Source of the DNA: the human T2T-CHM13v2.0 reference genome, Homo sapiens
Reading direction: 5' to 3' (one strand)
Length of the DNA stretch: 64,000 bases
NCBI RefSeq assembly: GCF_009914755.1
Contig: NC_060925.1
Part shown: positions 25,397 through 38,653 of the stretch, piece by piece
Layout: every line of letters begins with the position of its first letter
How positions within the stretch are numbered: the first letter of the stretch is position 1
Program-made: the position numbers and the translations under genes
Notes under the pieces: model-generated
What the model was told of the DNA's origin: nothing
Database searches by the model: none
The model's input: only the letters and a program-made list of their open reading frames with translations

Positions 25397-28300
25397 TTAG
25401 ACAGAGCAGATTTGAAACACTCTATTTGTGCAATTTGCAAGTGTAGATTTCAAGCGCTTTAAGGTCAACGGCAGAAAAGGAAATATCTTCGTTTCAAAAC
25501 TAGACAGAATCATTCCCACAAACTGCCTTGTGATGTGTTCGTTCAACTCACAGAGTTTAACCTTTCTGTTCATAGAGCAGTTAGGAAACACTCTGTTTGT
25601 AAAGTCTGTAAGTGGATATTCGGACATCTTGTGGCCTTCGTTGGAAACGGGATTTCTTCATATTCTGCTAGACAGAAGAATTCTCAGTAACTTCCTTGTG
25701 TTGTGTGTATTCAACTCACAGAGTTGAACGATCCTTTACACAGAGCAGACTTGAAACACTCTTTTTGTGGAATTTGCAAGTGGAGATTTCAGCCGCTTTG
25801 AGGTCAATGGTAGAAAAGGAAACTATCTTCATATAAAGACTAGACAGAATGATTCTCAGAAAATCTTTTGTGATGTGTGCGTTCAACTCACAGAGTTTAA
25901 CTTTTCTTCTCATAGAGCAGTTAGGAAACACTCTGTTTGTAAAGTCTGCAAGTGGATATTCAGACCTCTTTGAGGCCTTCGTTGGAAACGGGATTTCTTC
26001 ATATTCTGCTAGACAGAATAATTCTCAGTAACTTCCTTGTGTTGTGTGTATTCAACTCACAGAGTTGAAGGATCCTTTACAGAGAGCAGGCTTGAAACAC
26101 TCTTTTTGTCGAATTTGCAAGTGGAGATTTCAGCCGCTTTGAGGTCAATGGTAGAATAGGAAATATCTTCTTATAGAAACTAGACAGAATGATTCTCATA
26201 AACTCCTTTGTGATGTGTGCGTTCAACTCACAGAGTTTAACCTTTCTTTTCATAGAGCAGTTAGGAAACACTCTGTTTGTAAAGTCTGCAAGTGGATATT
26301 CAGACCTCCTTGAGGCCTTCGTTGGAAACGGGATTTCTTCATATTCTGCTAGACAGAAGAATTCTCAGTAACTTCCTTGTGTTGTGTTTACTCAACTCAC
26401 AGAGTTGAATGATCCTTTACACAGAGCAGACTTGAAACACTCTTTTTGTGGAATTTGCAAGTGGAGATTTCAGCCGCTTTGAGGTCAATGGTAGAAAAGT
26501 AAATATCTTCGTATAAAGACTAGACAGAATGATTCTCAGAAACTCCTTTGTGATGTGTGCGTTCAACTCACAGAGTTTAACCTTTCTGTTCATAGAGCAG
26601 TTAGGAAACACTCTGTTTGTAAAGTCTGCAAGTGGATATCCGACCTCCTTGAGTCCTTCGTTGGAAACGGGATTTCTTCATATTCTGCTAGACAGAAGAA
26701 TTCTCAGTAACTTCCTTGTGTTGTGTGTATTCAACTCACAGAGTTGAACGATCCTTTACACAGAGCAGACTTGAAACTCTCTTTTTGTGGAGTTTGCAAG
26801 TGGAGATTTCAGCCGCTTTGAGGTCAATGGTAGAAAAGGAAATATCTTCGTATAAAGACTAGACAGAATGATTCTCAGAAACTCCTTTGTGATGTGTGCG
26901 TTCAACTCACAGAGTTTAACTTTTCTTTTCATAGAGCAGTTAGGAAACACTCTGTTTGTAAAGTCTGCAAGTGGATATTCAGACCTCTTTGAGGCCTTCG
27001 TTGGAAACGGGATTTCTTCATATTATGCTAGACAGAAGAATTCTCAGTAACTTCCTTGTGTTGTGTGTATTCAACTCACAGAGTTGAACGATCCTTTACA
27101 CAGAGCAGACTTGAAACATTCTTTTTGTGGAATTTGCAAGTGGAGATTTCAGCCGCTTTGAGGTCAATGGTAGAATAGGAAATATCTTCCTATAGAAACT
27201 AGACAGAACGATTCTCAGAAACTCCATTGTGATGTGTGCGTTCAACTCACAGAGTTTAACCTTTCTTTTCATGGAGCAGTTAGGAAACACTCTGTTTGTA
27301 AAGTCTGCAAGTGGATATTCAGACCTCTTTGAGGCCTTCGTTGGAAACGGGATTTCTTCCTATTCTGCTAGACAGAAGAATTCTCAGTAACTTCCTTGTG
27401 TTGTGTGTATTCAACTCACAGAGTTGAACGATCCTTTACACAGAGCAGACTTGAAACACTCTTTTTGTGGAATTTGCAAGTGGAGATTTCAGCCGCATTG
27501 AGGTCAATAGTAGAAAAGGAAATATCTTCGTAGAAAAACTAGACAGAATGATTCTCAGAAACTCCTTTGTGATGTGTGTGTTCAACTCACAGAGTTTAAG
27601 CTTTCTTTTCATAGAGCAGTTAGTAAACACTCTGTTTATAAAGTCTGCAAGTGGATATTCAGACCCCTTTGAGGCCTTCGTTGGAAACGGGATTTCTTCA
27701 TATTATGCTAGACAGAAGAATTCTCAGTAACTTCCTTGTGTTGTGTGTATTCAACTGACAGAGTTGAACTTTCATTTAGAGAGAGCAGATTTGAAACACT
27801 GTTTTTGTGGAATTTGCAATTGGAGATTTCAAGCGCTTTGGGGCCAAAGGCAGAAAAGGAAATATCTTCGTATAAAAACTAGACAGAATCATTCTCAGAA
27901 ACTGCTGCGTGATGTGTGCGTTCAACTCTCAGAGTTTAACTTTTCTTTTCATTCAGCGGTTTGGAAACACTCTGTTTGTAAAGTCTGCACGTGGATATTT
28001 TGACCACTTAGAGGCCTTCGTTGGAAACGGGTTTTTTTCATGTAAGGCTAGACAGAAGAATTCCCAGTAACTTCCTTGTGTTGTGTGCATTCAACTCACA
28101 GATTTTAACGTTCCCTTAGACAGAGCAGATTTGAAACACTCTATTTGTGCAATTTGCAAGTGTAGATTTCAAGCGCTTTAAGGTCAACGGCAGAAAAGGA
28201 AATATCTTCGTTTCAAAACTAGACAGAATCATTCCCACAAACTGCGTTGTGATGTGTTCGTTCAACTCACAGAGTTTAACCTTTCTGTTCATAGAGCAGT

Positions 28301-30834
28301 TAGGAAACACTCTGTTTGTAAAGTCTGTAAGTGGATATTCGGACATCTTGTGGCCTTCGTTGGAAACGGGATTTCTTCATATTCTGCTAGACAGAAGAAT
28401 TCTCAGTAACTTCCTTGTGTTGTGTGTATTCAACTCACAGAGTTGAACGATCCTTTACACAGAGCAGACTTGAAACACTCTTTTTGTGGAATTTGCAAGT
28501 GGAGATTTCAGCCGCTTTGAGGTCAATGGTCGAAAAGGAAACTATCTTCATATAAAGACTAGACAGAATGATTCTCAGAAAATCTTTTGTGATGTGTGCG
28601 TTCAACTCACAGAGTTTAACTTTTCTTCTCATAGAGCAGTTAGGAAACACTCTGTTTGTAAAGTCTGCAAGTGGATATTCAGACCTCTTTGAGGCCTTCG
28701 TTGGAAACGGGATTTCTTCATATTCTGCTAGACAGAAGAATTCTCAGTAACTTCCTTGTGTTGTGTGTATTCAACTCACAGAGTTGAAGGATCCTTTACA
28801 GAGAGCAGGCTTGAAACACTCTTTTTGTCGAATTTGCAAGTGGAGATTTCAGCCGCTTTGAGGTCAATGGTAGAATAGGAAATATCTTCTTATAGAAACT
28901 AGACAGAATGATTCTCATAAACTCCTTTGTGATGTGTGCGTTCAACTCACAGAGTTTAACCTTTCTTTTCATAGAGCAGTTAGGAAACACTCTGTTTGTA
29001 AAGTCTGCAAGTGGATATTCAGACCTCCTTGAGGCCTTCGTTGGAAACGGGATTTCTTCATATTCTGCTAGACAGAAGAATTCTCAGTAACTTCCTTGTG
29101 TTGTGTTTACTCAACTCACAGAGTTGAATGATCCTTTACACAGAGCAGACTTGAAACACTCTTTTTGTGGAATTTGCAAGTGGAGATTTCAGCCGCTTTG
29201 AGGTCAATGGTAGAAAAGTAAATATCTTCGTATAAAGACTAGACAGAATGATTCTCAGAAACTCCTTTGTGATGTGTGCGTTCAACTCACAGAGTTTAAC
29301 CTTTCTGTTCATAGAGCAGTTAGGAAACACTCTGTTTGTAAAGTCTGCAAGTGGATATCCGACCTCCTTGAGGCCTTCGTTGGAAACGGGATTTCTTCAT
29401 ATTCTGCTAGACAGAAGAATTCTCAGTAACTTCCTTGTGTTGTGTGTATTCAACTCACAGAGTTGAACGATCCTTTACACAGAGCAGACTTGAAACTCTC
29501 TTTTTGTGGAATTTGCAAGTGGAGATTTCAGCCGCTTTGAGGTCAATGGTAGAAAAGGAAATATCTTCGTATAAAGACTAGACAGAATGATTCTCAGAAA
29601 CTCCTTTGTGATGTGTGCGTTCAACTCACAGAGTTTAACTTTTCTTTTCATAGAGCAGTTAGGAAACACTCTGTTTGTAAAGTCTGCAAGTGGATATTCA
29701 GACCTCTTTGAGGCCTTCGTTGGAAACGGGATTTCTTCATATTATGCTAGACAGAAGAATTCTCAGTAACTTCCTTGTGTTGTGTGTATTCAACTCACAG
29801 AGTTGAACGATCCTTTACACAGAGCAGACTTGAAACATTCTTTTTGTGGAATTTGCAAGTGGAGATTTCAGCCGCTTTGAGGTCAATGGTAGAATAGGAA
29901 ATATCTTCCTATAGAAACTAGACAGAACGATTCTCAGAAACTCCATTGTGATGTGTGCGTTCAACTCACAGAGTTTAACCTTTCTTTTCATGGAGCAGTT
30001 AGGAAACACTCTGTTTGTAAAGTCTGCAAGTGGATATTCAGACCTCTTTGAGGCCTTCGTTGGAAACGGGATTTCTTCCTATTCTGCTAGACAGAAGAAT
30101 TCTCAGTAACTTCCTTGTGTTGTGTGTATTCAACTCACAGAGTTGAACGATCCTTTACACAGAGCAGACTTGAAACACTCTTTTTGTGGAATTTGCAAGT
30201 GGAGATTTCAGCCGCATTGAGGTCAATAGTAGAAAAGGAAATATCTTCGTAGAAAAACTAGACAGAATGATTCTCAGAAACTCCTTTGTGATGTGTGTGT
30301 TCAACTCACAGAGTTTAAGCTTTCTTTTCATAGAGCAGTTAGTAAACACTCTGTTTATAAAGTCTGCAAGTGGATATTCAGACCCCTTTGAGGCCTTCGT
30401 TGGAAACGGGATTTCTTCATATTATGCTAGACAGAAGAATTCTCAGTAACTTCCTTGTGTTGTGTGTATTCAACTGACAGAGTTGAACTTTCATTTAGAG
30501 AGAGCAGATTTGAAACACTGTTTTTGTGGAATTTGCAATTGGAGATTTCAAGCGCTTTGGGGCCAAAGGCAGAAAAGGAAATATCTTCGTATAAAAACTA
30601 GACAGAATCATTCTCAGAAACTCCTTTGTGATGTGTGCGTTCAACTCTCAGAGTTTAACTTTTCTTTTCATTCAGCGGTTTGGAAACACTCTGTTTGTAA
30701 AGTCTGCACGTGGATATTTTGACCACTTAGAGGCCTTCGTTGGAAACGGGTTTTTTTCATGTAAGGCTAGACAGAAGAATTCCCAGTAACTTCCTTGTGT
30801 TGTGTGCATTCAACTCACAGAGTTGAACGTTCCC
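25397..30834 (+). repeat. Tandem duplication of a 16-mer HOR variant (2719-bp period; G-A-B-C-H-D-E-F)
   Basis: Private variants shared at 2719-bp offset: cggacatc, gtttactcaac, ggatatccgacc (1-bp deletion), aaactctct, ctccattgt, atggagcag, gccgcattg, gagtttaagc, gcaattgg. Confidence 0.92.
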
Positions 30835-31480
30835 TTAGACAGAGCAGATTTGAAACACTCTATTTGTGCAATTTGCAAGTGTAGATTTCAAGCGCTTTAA
30901 GGTCAACGGCAGAAAAGGAAATATCTTCGTTTCAAAACTAGACAGAATCATTCCCACAAACTGCGTTGTGATGTGTTCGTTCAACTCACAGAGTTTAACC
31001 TTTCTGTTCATAGAGCAGTTAGGAAACACTCTGTTTGTAAAGTCTGTAAGTGGATATTCTGACATCTTGTGGCCTTCGTTGGAAACGGGATTTCTTCATA
31101 TTCTGCTAGACAGAAGAATTCTCAGTAACTTCCTTGTGTTGTGTGTATTCAACTCACAGAGTTGAACGATCCTTTACACAGAGCAGACTTGAAACACTCT
31201 TTTTGTGGAATTTGCAAGTGGAGATTTCAGCCGCTTTGAGGTCAATGGTAGAAAAGTAAATATCTTCGTATAAAGACTAGACAGAATGATTCTCAGAAAC
31301 TTCTTTGTGATGTGTGTGTTCAACTCACAGAGTTTAACCTTTCTTTTCATAGAGCAGTTAGTAAACACTCTGTTTATAAAGTCTGCAAGTGGATATTCAG
31401 ACCCCTTTGAGGCCTTCGTTGGAAACGGGATTTCTTCATATTATGCTAGACAGAAGAATTCTCAGTAACTTCCTTGTGTT
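30462..31480 (+). repeat. 6-mer HOR (F-G-C/E hybrid, 1019 bp)
   Basis: F spacing 30462 to 31481. The intervening dimer has a C head (aaaagtaaat) and an E tail (ttagtaaac, gtttataaa). Confidence 0.85.
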
Positions 31481-34400
31481 GTGTGTATTCAACTGACAGA
31501 GTTGAACTTTCATTTAGAGAGAGTAGTTTTGAAACACTGTTTTTGTGGAATTTGCAAGTGGAGATTTCAAGCGCTTTGGGGCCAAAGGCAGAAAAGGAAA
31601 TATCTTCGTATAAAAACTAGACAGAATCATTCTCAGAAACTGCTGCGTGATGTGTGCGTTCAACTCTCAGAGTTTAACTTTTCTTTTCATTCAGCGGTTT
31701 GGAAACACTCTGTTTGTAAAGTCTGCACGTGGAAATTTTGACCACTTAGAGGCCTTCGTTGGAAACGGGTTTTTTTCATGTAAGGCTAGACAGAAGAATT
31801 CCCAGTAACTTCCTTGTGTTGTGTGCATTCAACTCACAGAGTTGAACGTTCCCTTAGACAGAGCAGATTTGAAACACTCTATTTCTGCAATTTGCAAGTG
31901 TAGTTTTCAAGCTCTTTAAGGTCAACGGCAGAAAAGGAAATATCATCGTTTCAAAACTAGACAGAATCATTCCCACAAACTGCGTTGTGATGTGTTCGTT
32001 CAACTCACAGAGTTTAACCTTTCTGTTCATAGAGCAGTTAGGAAACACTCTGTTTGTAAAGTCTGTAAGTGGATATTCTGACATCTTGTGGCCTTCGTTG
32101 GAAACGGGATTTCTTCATATTCTGCTAGACAGAAGAATTCTCAGTAACTTCCTTGTGTTGTGTGTATTCAACTCACAGAGTTGAACGATCCTTTACACAG
32201 AGCAGACTTGAAACACTCTTTTTGTGGAATTTGCAAGTGGAGATTTCAGCCGCTTTGAGGTCAATGGTAGAAAAGGAAACTATCTTCATATAAAGACTAG
32301 ACAGAATGATTCTCAGAAAATCTTTTGTGATGTGTGCGTTCAACTCACAGAGTTTAACTTTTCTTCTCATAGAGCAGTTAAGAAACACTCTGTTTGTAAA
32401 GTCTGCAAGTGGATATTCAGACCTCTTTGAGGCCTTCGTTGGAAACGGGATTTCTTCATATTCTGCTAGACAGAAGAATTCTCAGTAACTTCCTTGTGTT
32501 GTGTGTATTCAACTCACAGAGTTGAAGGATCCTTTACAGAGAGCAGGCTTGAAACACTCTTTTTGTCGAATTTGCAAGTGGAGATTTCAGCCGCTTTGAG
32601 GTCAATGGTAGAATAGGAAATATCTTCTTATAGAAACTAGACAGAATGATTCTCATAAACTCCTTTGTGATGTGTGCGTTCAACTCACAGAGTTTAACCT
32701 TTCTTTTCATAGAGCAGTTAGGAAACACTCTGTTTGTAAAGTCTGCAAGTGGATATTCAGACCTCCTTGAGGCCTTCGTTGGAAACGGGATTTCTTCATA
32801 TTCTGCTAGACAGAAGAATTCTCAGTAACTTCCTTGTGTTGTGTTTATTCAACTCACAGAGTTGAATGATCCTTTACACAGAGCAGACTTGAAACACTCT
32901 TTTTGTGGAATTTGCAAGTGGAGATTTCAGCCGCTTTGAGGTCAATGGTAGAAAAGTAAATATCTTCGTATAAAGACTAGACAGAATGATTCTCAGAAAC
33001 TCCTTTGTGATGTGTGCGTTCAACTCACAGAGTTTAACCTTTCTGTTCATAGAGCAGTTAGGAATCACTCTGTTTGTAAAGTCTGCAAGTGGATATTCAG
33101 ACCTCCTTGAGGCCTTTGTTGGAAACGGGATTTCTTCATATTCTGCTAGACAGAAGAATTCTCAGTAACTTCCTTGTGTTGTGTGTATTCAACTCACAGA
33201 GTTGAACGATCCTTTACACAGAGCAGACTTGAAACACTCTTTTTGTGGAATTTGCAAGAGGAGATTTCAGCCGATTTGAGGTCAATAGTAGAAAAGGAAA
33301 CATCTTCGTAGAAAAACTAGACAGAATGATTCTCAGAAACTCCTTTGTGATGTGTGTGTTCAACTCACAGAGTTTAACCTTTCTTTTCATAGAGCAGTTA
33401 GTAAACACTCTGTTTATAAAGTCTGCAAGTGGATATTCAGACCCCTTTGAGGCCTTCGTTGGAAACGGGATTTCTTCATATTATGCTAGACAGAAGAATT
33501 CTCAGTAACTTCCTTGTGTTGTGTGTATTCAACTGACAGAGTTGAACTTTCATTTGGAGAGAGCAGATTTGAAACACTGTTTTTGTGGAATTTGCAAGTG
33601 GAGATTTCAAGCGCTTTGGGGCCAAAGGCAGAAAAGGAAATATCTTCGTATAAAAACTAGACAGAATCATTCTCAGAAACTGCTGCGTGATGTGTGCGTT
33701 CAACTCTCAGAGTTTAACTTTTCTTTTCATTCAGCGGTTTGGAAACACTCTGTTTGTAAAGTCTGCACGTGGATATTTTGACCACTTAGAGGCCTTCGTT
33801 GGAAACGGGTTTTTTTCATGTAAGGCTAGACAGAAGAATTCCCAGTAACTTCCTTGTGTTGTGTGCATTCAACTCACAGAGTTGAACGTTCCCTTAGACA
33901 GAGCAGATTTGAAACACTCTATTTGTGCAATTTGCAAGTGTAGTTTTCAAGCTCTTTATGGTCAACGGCAGAAAAGGAAATATCTTCGTTTCAAAACTAG
34001 ACAGAATCATTCCCACAAACTGCGTTGTGATGTGTTCGTTCAACTCACAGAGTTTAACCTTTCTGTTCATAGAGCAGTTAGGAAACACTCTGTTTGTAAA
34101 GTCTGTAAGTGGATATTCTGACATCTTGTGGCCTTCGTTGGAAACGGGATTTCTTCATATTCTGCTAGACAGAAGAATTCTCAGTAACTTCCTTGTGTTG
34201 TGTGTATTCAACTCACAGAGTTGAACGATCCTTTACACAGAGCAGACTTGAAACACTCTTTTTGTGGAATTTGCAAGTGGAGATTTCAGCCGCTTTGAGG
34301 TCAATGGTAGAAAAGGAAACTATCTTCATATAAAGACTAGACAGAATGATTCTCAGAAAATCTTTTGTGATGTGTGCGTTCAACTCACAGAGTTTAACTT

Positions 34401-34573
34401 TTCTTCTCATAGAGCAGTTAGGAAACACTCTGTTTGTAAAGTCTGCAAGTGGATATTCAGACCTCTTTGAGGCCTTCGTTGGAAACGGGATTTCTTCATA
34501 TTCTGCTAGACAGAAGAATTCTCAGTAACTTCCTTGTGTTGTGTGTATTCAACTCACAGAGTTGAAGGATCCT

Positions 34574-37500
34574 TTACAGAGAGCAGGCTTGAAACACTCT
34601 TTTTGTCGAATTTGCAAGTGGAGATTTCAGCCGCTTTGAGGTCAATGGTAGAATAGGAAATATCTTCTTATAGAAACTAGACAGAATGATTCTCATAAAC
34701 TCCTTTGTGATGTGTGCGTTCAACTCACAGAGTTTAACCTTTCTTTTCATAGAGCAGTTAGGAAACACTCTGTTTGTAAAGTCTGCAAGTGGATATTCAG
34801 ACCTCCTTGAGGCCTTCGTTGGAAACGGGATTTCTTCATATTCTGCTAGACAGAAGAATTCTCAGTAACTTCCTTGTGTTGTGTTTATTCAACTCACAGA
34901 GTTGAATGATCCTTTACACAGAGCAGACTTGAAACACTCTTTCTGTGGAATTTGCAAGTGGAGATTTCAGCCGCTTTGAGGTCAATGGTAGAAAAGTAAA
35001 TATCTTCGTATAAAGACTAGACAGAATGATTCTCAGAAACTCCTTTGTGATGTGTGCGTTCAACTCACAGAGTTTAACCTTTCTGTTCATAGAGCAGTTA
35101 GGAAACACTCTGTTTGTAAAGTCTGCAAGTGGATATTCAGACCTCCTTGAGGCCTTCTTTGGAAACGGGATTTCTTCATATTCTGCTAGACAGAAGAATT
35201 CTCAGTAACTTCCTTGTGTTGTGTTTATTCAACTCACAGAGTTGAACGATCCTTTACACAGAGCAGACTTGAAACACTCTTTTTGTGGAATTTGCAAGAG
35301 GAGATTTCAGCCGCTTTGAGGTCAATAGTAGAAAAGGAAACATCTTCGTAGAAAAACTAGACAGAATGATTCTCAGAAACTCCTTTGTGATGTGTGTGTT
35401 CAACTCACAGAGTTTAACCTTTCTTTTCATAGAGCAGTTAGTAAACACTCTGTTTATAAAGTCTGCAAGTGGATATTCAGACCCCTTTGAGGCCTTCGTT
35501 GGAAACGGGATTTCTTCATATTATGCTAGACAGAAGAATTCTCAGTAACTTCCTTGTGTTGTGTGTATTCAACTGACAGAGTTGAACTTTCATTTGGAGA
35601 GAGCAGATTTGAAACACTGTTTTTGTGGAATTTGCAAGTGGAGATTTCAAGCGCTTTGGGGCCAAAGGCAGAAAAGGAAATATCTTCGTATAAACACTAG
35701 ACAGAATCATTCTCAGAAACTGCTGCGTGATGTGTGCGTTCAACTCTCAGAGTTTAACCTTTCTTTTCATTCAGCGGTTTGGAAACACTCTGTTTGTAAA
35801 GTCTGCACGTGGATATTTTGACCACTTAGAGGCCTTCGTTGGAAACGGGTTTTTTTCATGTAAGGCTAGACAGAAGAATTCCCAGTAACTTCCTTGTGTT
35901 GTGTGCATTCAACTCACAGAGTTGAACGTTCCCTTAGACAGAGCAGATTTGAAACACTCTATTTGTGCAATTTGCAAGTGTAGTTTTCAAGCTCTTTAAG
36001 GTCAACGGCAGAAAAGGAAATATCTTCGTTTCAAAACTAGACAGAATCATTCCCACAAACTGCGTTGTGATGTGTTCGTTCAACTCACAGAGTTTAACCT
36101 TTCTGTTCATAGAGCAGTTAGGAAACACTCTGTTTGTAAAGTCTGTAAGTGGATATTCTGACATCTTGTGGCCTTCGTGGGAAACGGGATTTCTTCATAT
36201 TCTGCTAGACAGAAGAATTCTCAGTAACTTCCTTGTGTTGTGTGTATTCATCTCACAGAGTTGAACGATCCTTTACACAGAGCAGACTTGAAACACTCTT
36301 TTTGTGGAATTTGCAAGTGGAGATTTCAGCCGCTTTGAGGTCAATGGTAGAAAAGGAAACTATCTTCATATAAAGACTAGACAGAATGATTCTCAGAAAA
36401 TCTTTTGTGATGTGTGCGTTCAACTCACAGAGTTTAACTTTTCTTCTCATAGAGCAGTTAGGAAACACTCTGTTTGTAAAGTCTGCAAGTGGATATTCTG
36501 ACATCTTTGAGGCCTTCGTTGGAAACGGGATTTCTTCATATTCTGCTAGACAGAAGAATTCTCAGTAACTTCCTTGTGTTGTGTGTATTCAACTCACAGA
36601 GTTGAAGGATCCTTTACAGAGAGCAGGCTTGAAACACTCTTTTTGTCGAATTTGCAAGTGGAGATTTCAGCCGCTTTGAGGTCAATGGTAGAATAGGAAA
36701 TATCTTCTTATAGAAACTAGACAGAATGATTCTCATAAACTCCTTTGTGATGTGTGCGTTCAACTCACAGAGTTTAACCTTTCTTTTCATAGAGCAGTTA
36801 GGAAACACTCTGTTTGTAAAGTCTGCAAGTGGATATTCAGACCTCCTTGAGGCCTTCGTTGGAAACGGGATTTCTTCATATTCTGCTAGACAGAAGAATT
36901 CTCAGTAACTTCCTTGTGTTGTGTTTATTCAACTCACAGAGTTGAATGATCCTTTACACAGAGCAGACTTGAAACACTCTTTCTGTGGAATTTGCAAGTG
37001 GAGATTTCAGCCGCTTTGAGGTCAATGGTAGAAAAGTAAATATCTTCGTATAAAGACTAGACAGAATGATTCTCAGAAACTCCTTTGTGATGTGTGCGTT
37101 CAACTCACAGAGTTTAACCTTTCTGTTCATAGAGCAGTTAGGAAACACTCTGTTTGTAAAGTCTGCAAGTGGATATTCAGACCTCCTTGAGGCCTTCTTT
37201 GGAAACGGGATTTCTTCATATTCTGCTAGACAGAAGAATTCTCAGTAACTTCCTTGTGTTGTGTTTATTCAACTCACAGAGTTGAACGATCCTTTACACA
37301 GAGCAGACTTGAAACACTCTTTTTGTGGAATTTGCAAGAGGAGATTTCAGCCGCTTTGAGGTCAATAGTAGAAAAGGAAACATCTTCGTAGAAAAACTAG
37401 ACAGAATGATTCTCAGAAACTCCTTTGTGATGTGTGTGTTCAACTCACAGAGTTTAACCTTTCTTTTCATAGAGCAGTTAGTAAACACTCTGTTTATAAA

Positions 37501-38653
37501 GTCTGCAAGTGGATATTCAGACCCCTTTGAGGCCTTCGTTGGAAACGGGATTTCTTCATATTATGCTAGACAGAAGAATTCTCAGTAACTTCCTTGTGTT
37601 GTGTGTATTCAACTGACAGAGTTGAACTTTCATTTGGAGAGAGCAGATTTGAAACACTGTTTTTGTGGAATTTGCAAGTGGAGATTTCAAGCGCTTTGGG
37701 GCCAAAGGCAGAAAAGGAAATATCTTCGTATAAACACTAGACAGAATCATTCTCAGAAACTGCTGCGTGATGTGTGCGTTCAACTCTCAGAGTTTAACCT
37801 TTCTTTTCATTCAGCGGTTTGGAAACACTCTGTTTGTAAAGTCTGCACGTGGATATTTTGACCACTTAGAGGCCTTCGTTGGAAACGGGTTTTTTTCATG
37901 TAAGGCTAGACAGAAGAATTCCCAGTAACTTCCTTGTGTTGTGTGCATTCAACTCACAGAGTTGAACGTTCCCTTAGACAGAGCAGATTTGAAACACTCT
38001 ATTTGTGCAATTTGCAAGTGTAGTTTTCAAGCTCTTTAAGGTCAACGGCAGAAAAGGAAATATCTTCGTTTCAAAACTAGACAGAATCATTCCCACAAAC
38101 TGCGTTGTGATGTGTTCGTTCAACTCACAGAGTTTAACCTTTCTGTTCATAGAGCAGTTAGGAAACACTCTGTTTGTAAAGTCTGTAAGTGGATATTCTG
38201 ACATCTTGTGGCCTTCGTGGGAAACGGGATTTCTTCATATTCTGCTAGACAGAAGAATTCTCAGTAACTTCCTTGTGTTGTGTGTATTCATCTCACAGAG
38301 TTGAACGATCCTTTACACAGAGCAGACTTGAAACACTCTTTTTGTGGAATTTGCAAGTGGAGATTTCAGCCGCTTTGAGGTCAATGGTAGAAAAGGAAAC
38401 TATCTTCATATAAAGACTAGACAGAATGATTCTCAGAAAATCTTTTGTGATGTGTGCGTTCAACTCACAGAGTTTAACTTTTCTTCTCATAGAGCAGTTA
38501 GGAAACACTCTGTTTGTAAAGTCTGCAAGTGGATATTCTGACATCTTTGAGGCCTTCGTTGGAAACGGGATTTCTTCATATTCTGCTAGACAGAAGAATT
38601 CTCAGTAACTTCCTTGTGTTGTGTGTATTCAACTCACAGAGTTGAAGGATCCT
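34574..38653 (+). repeat. Near-perfect tandem duplication of one 12-mer (2040-bp period)
   Basis: Shared private SNVs at +2040: ttctgtgg 34941/36981, broken box 35154/37194, taaacactag 35691/37731, cttcgtggg 36173/38213, ttcatctcac ~36247/38287. Confidence 0.93.
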
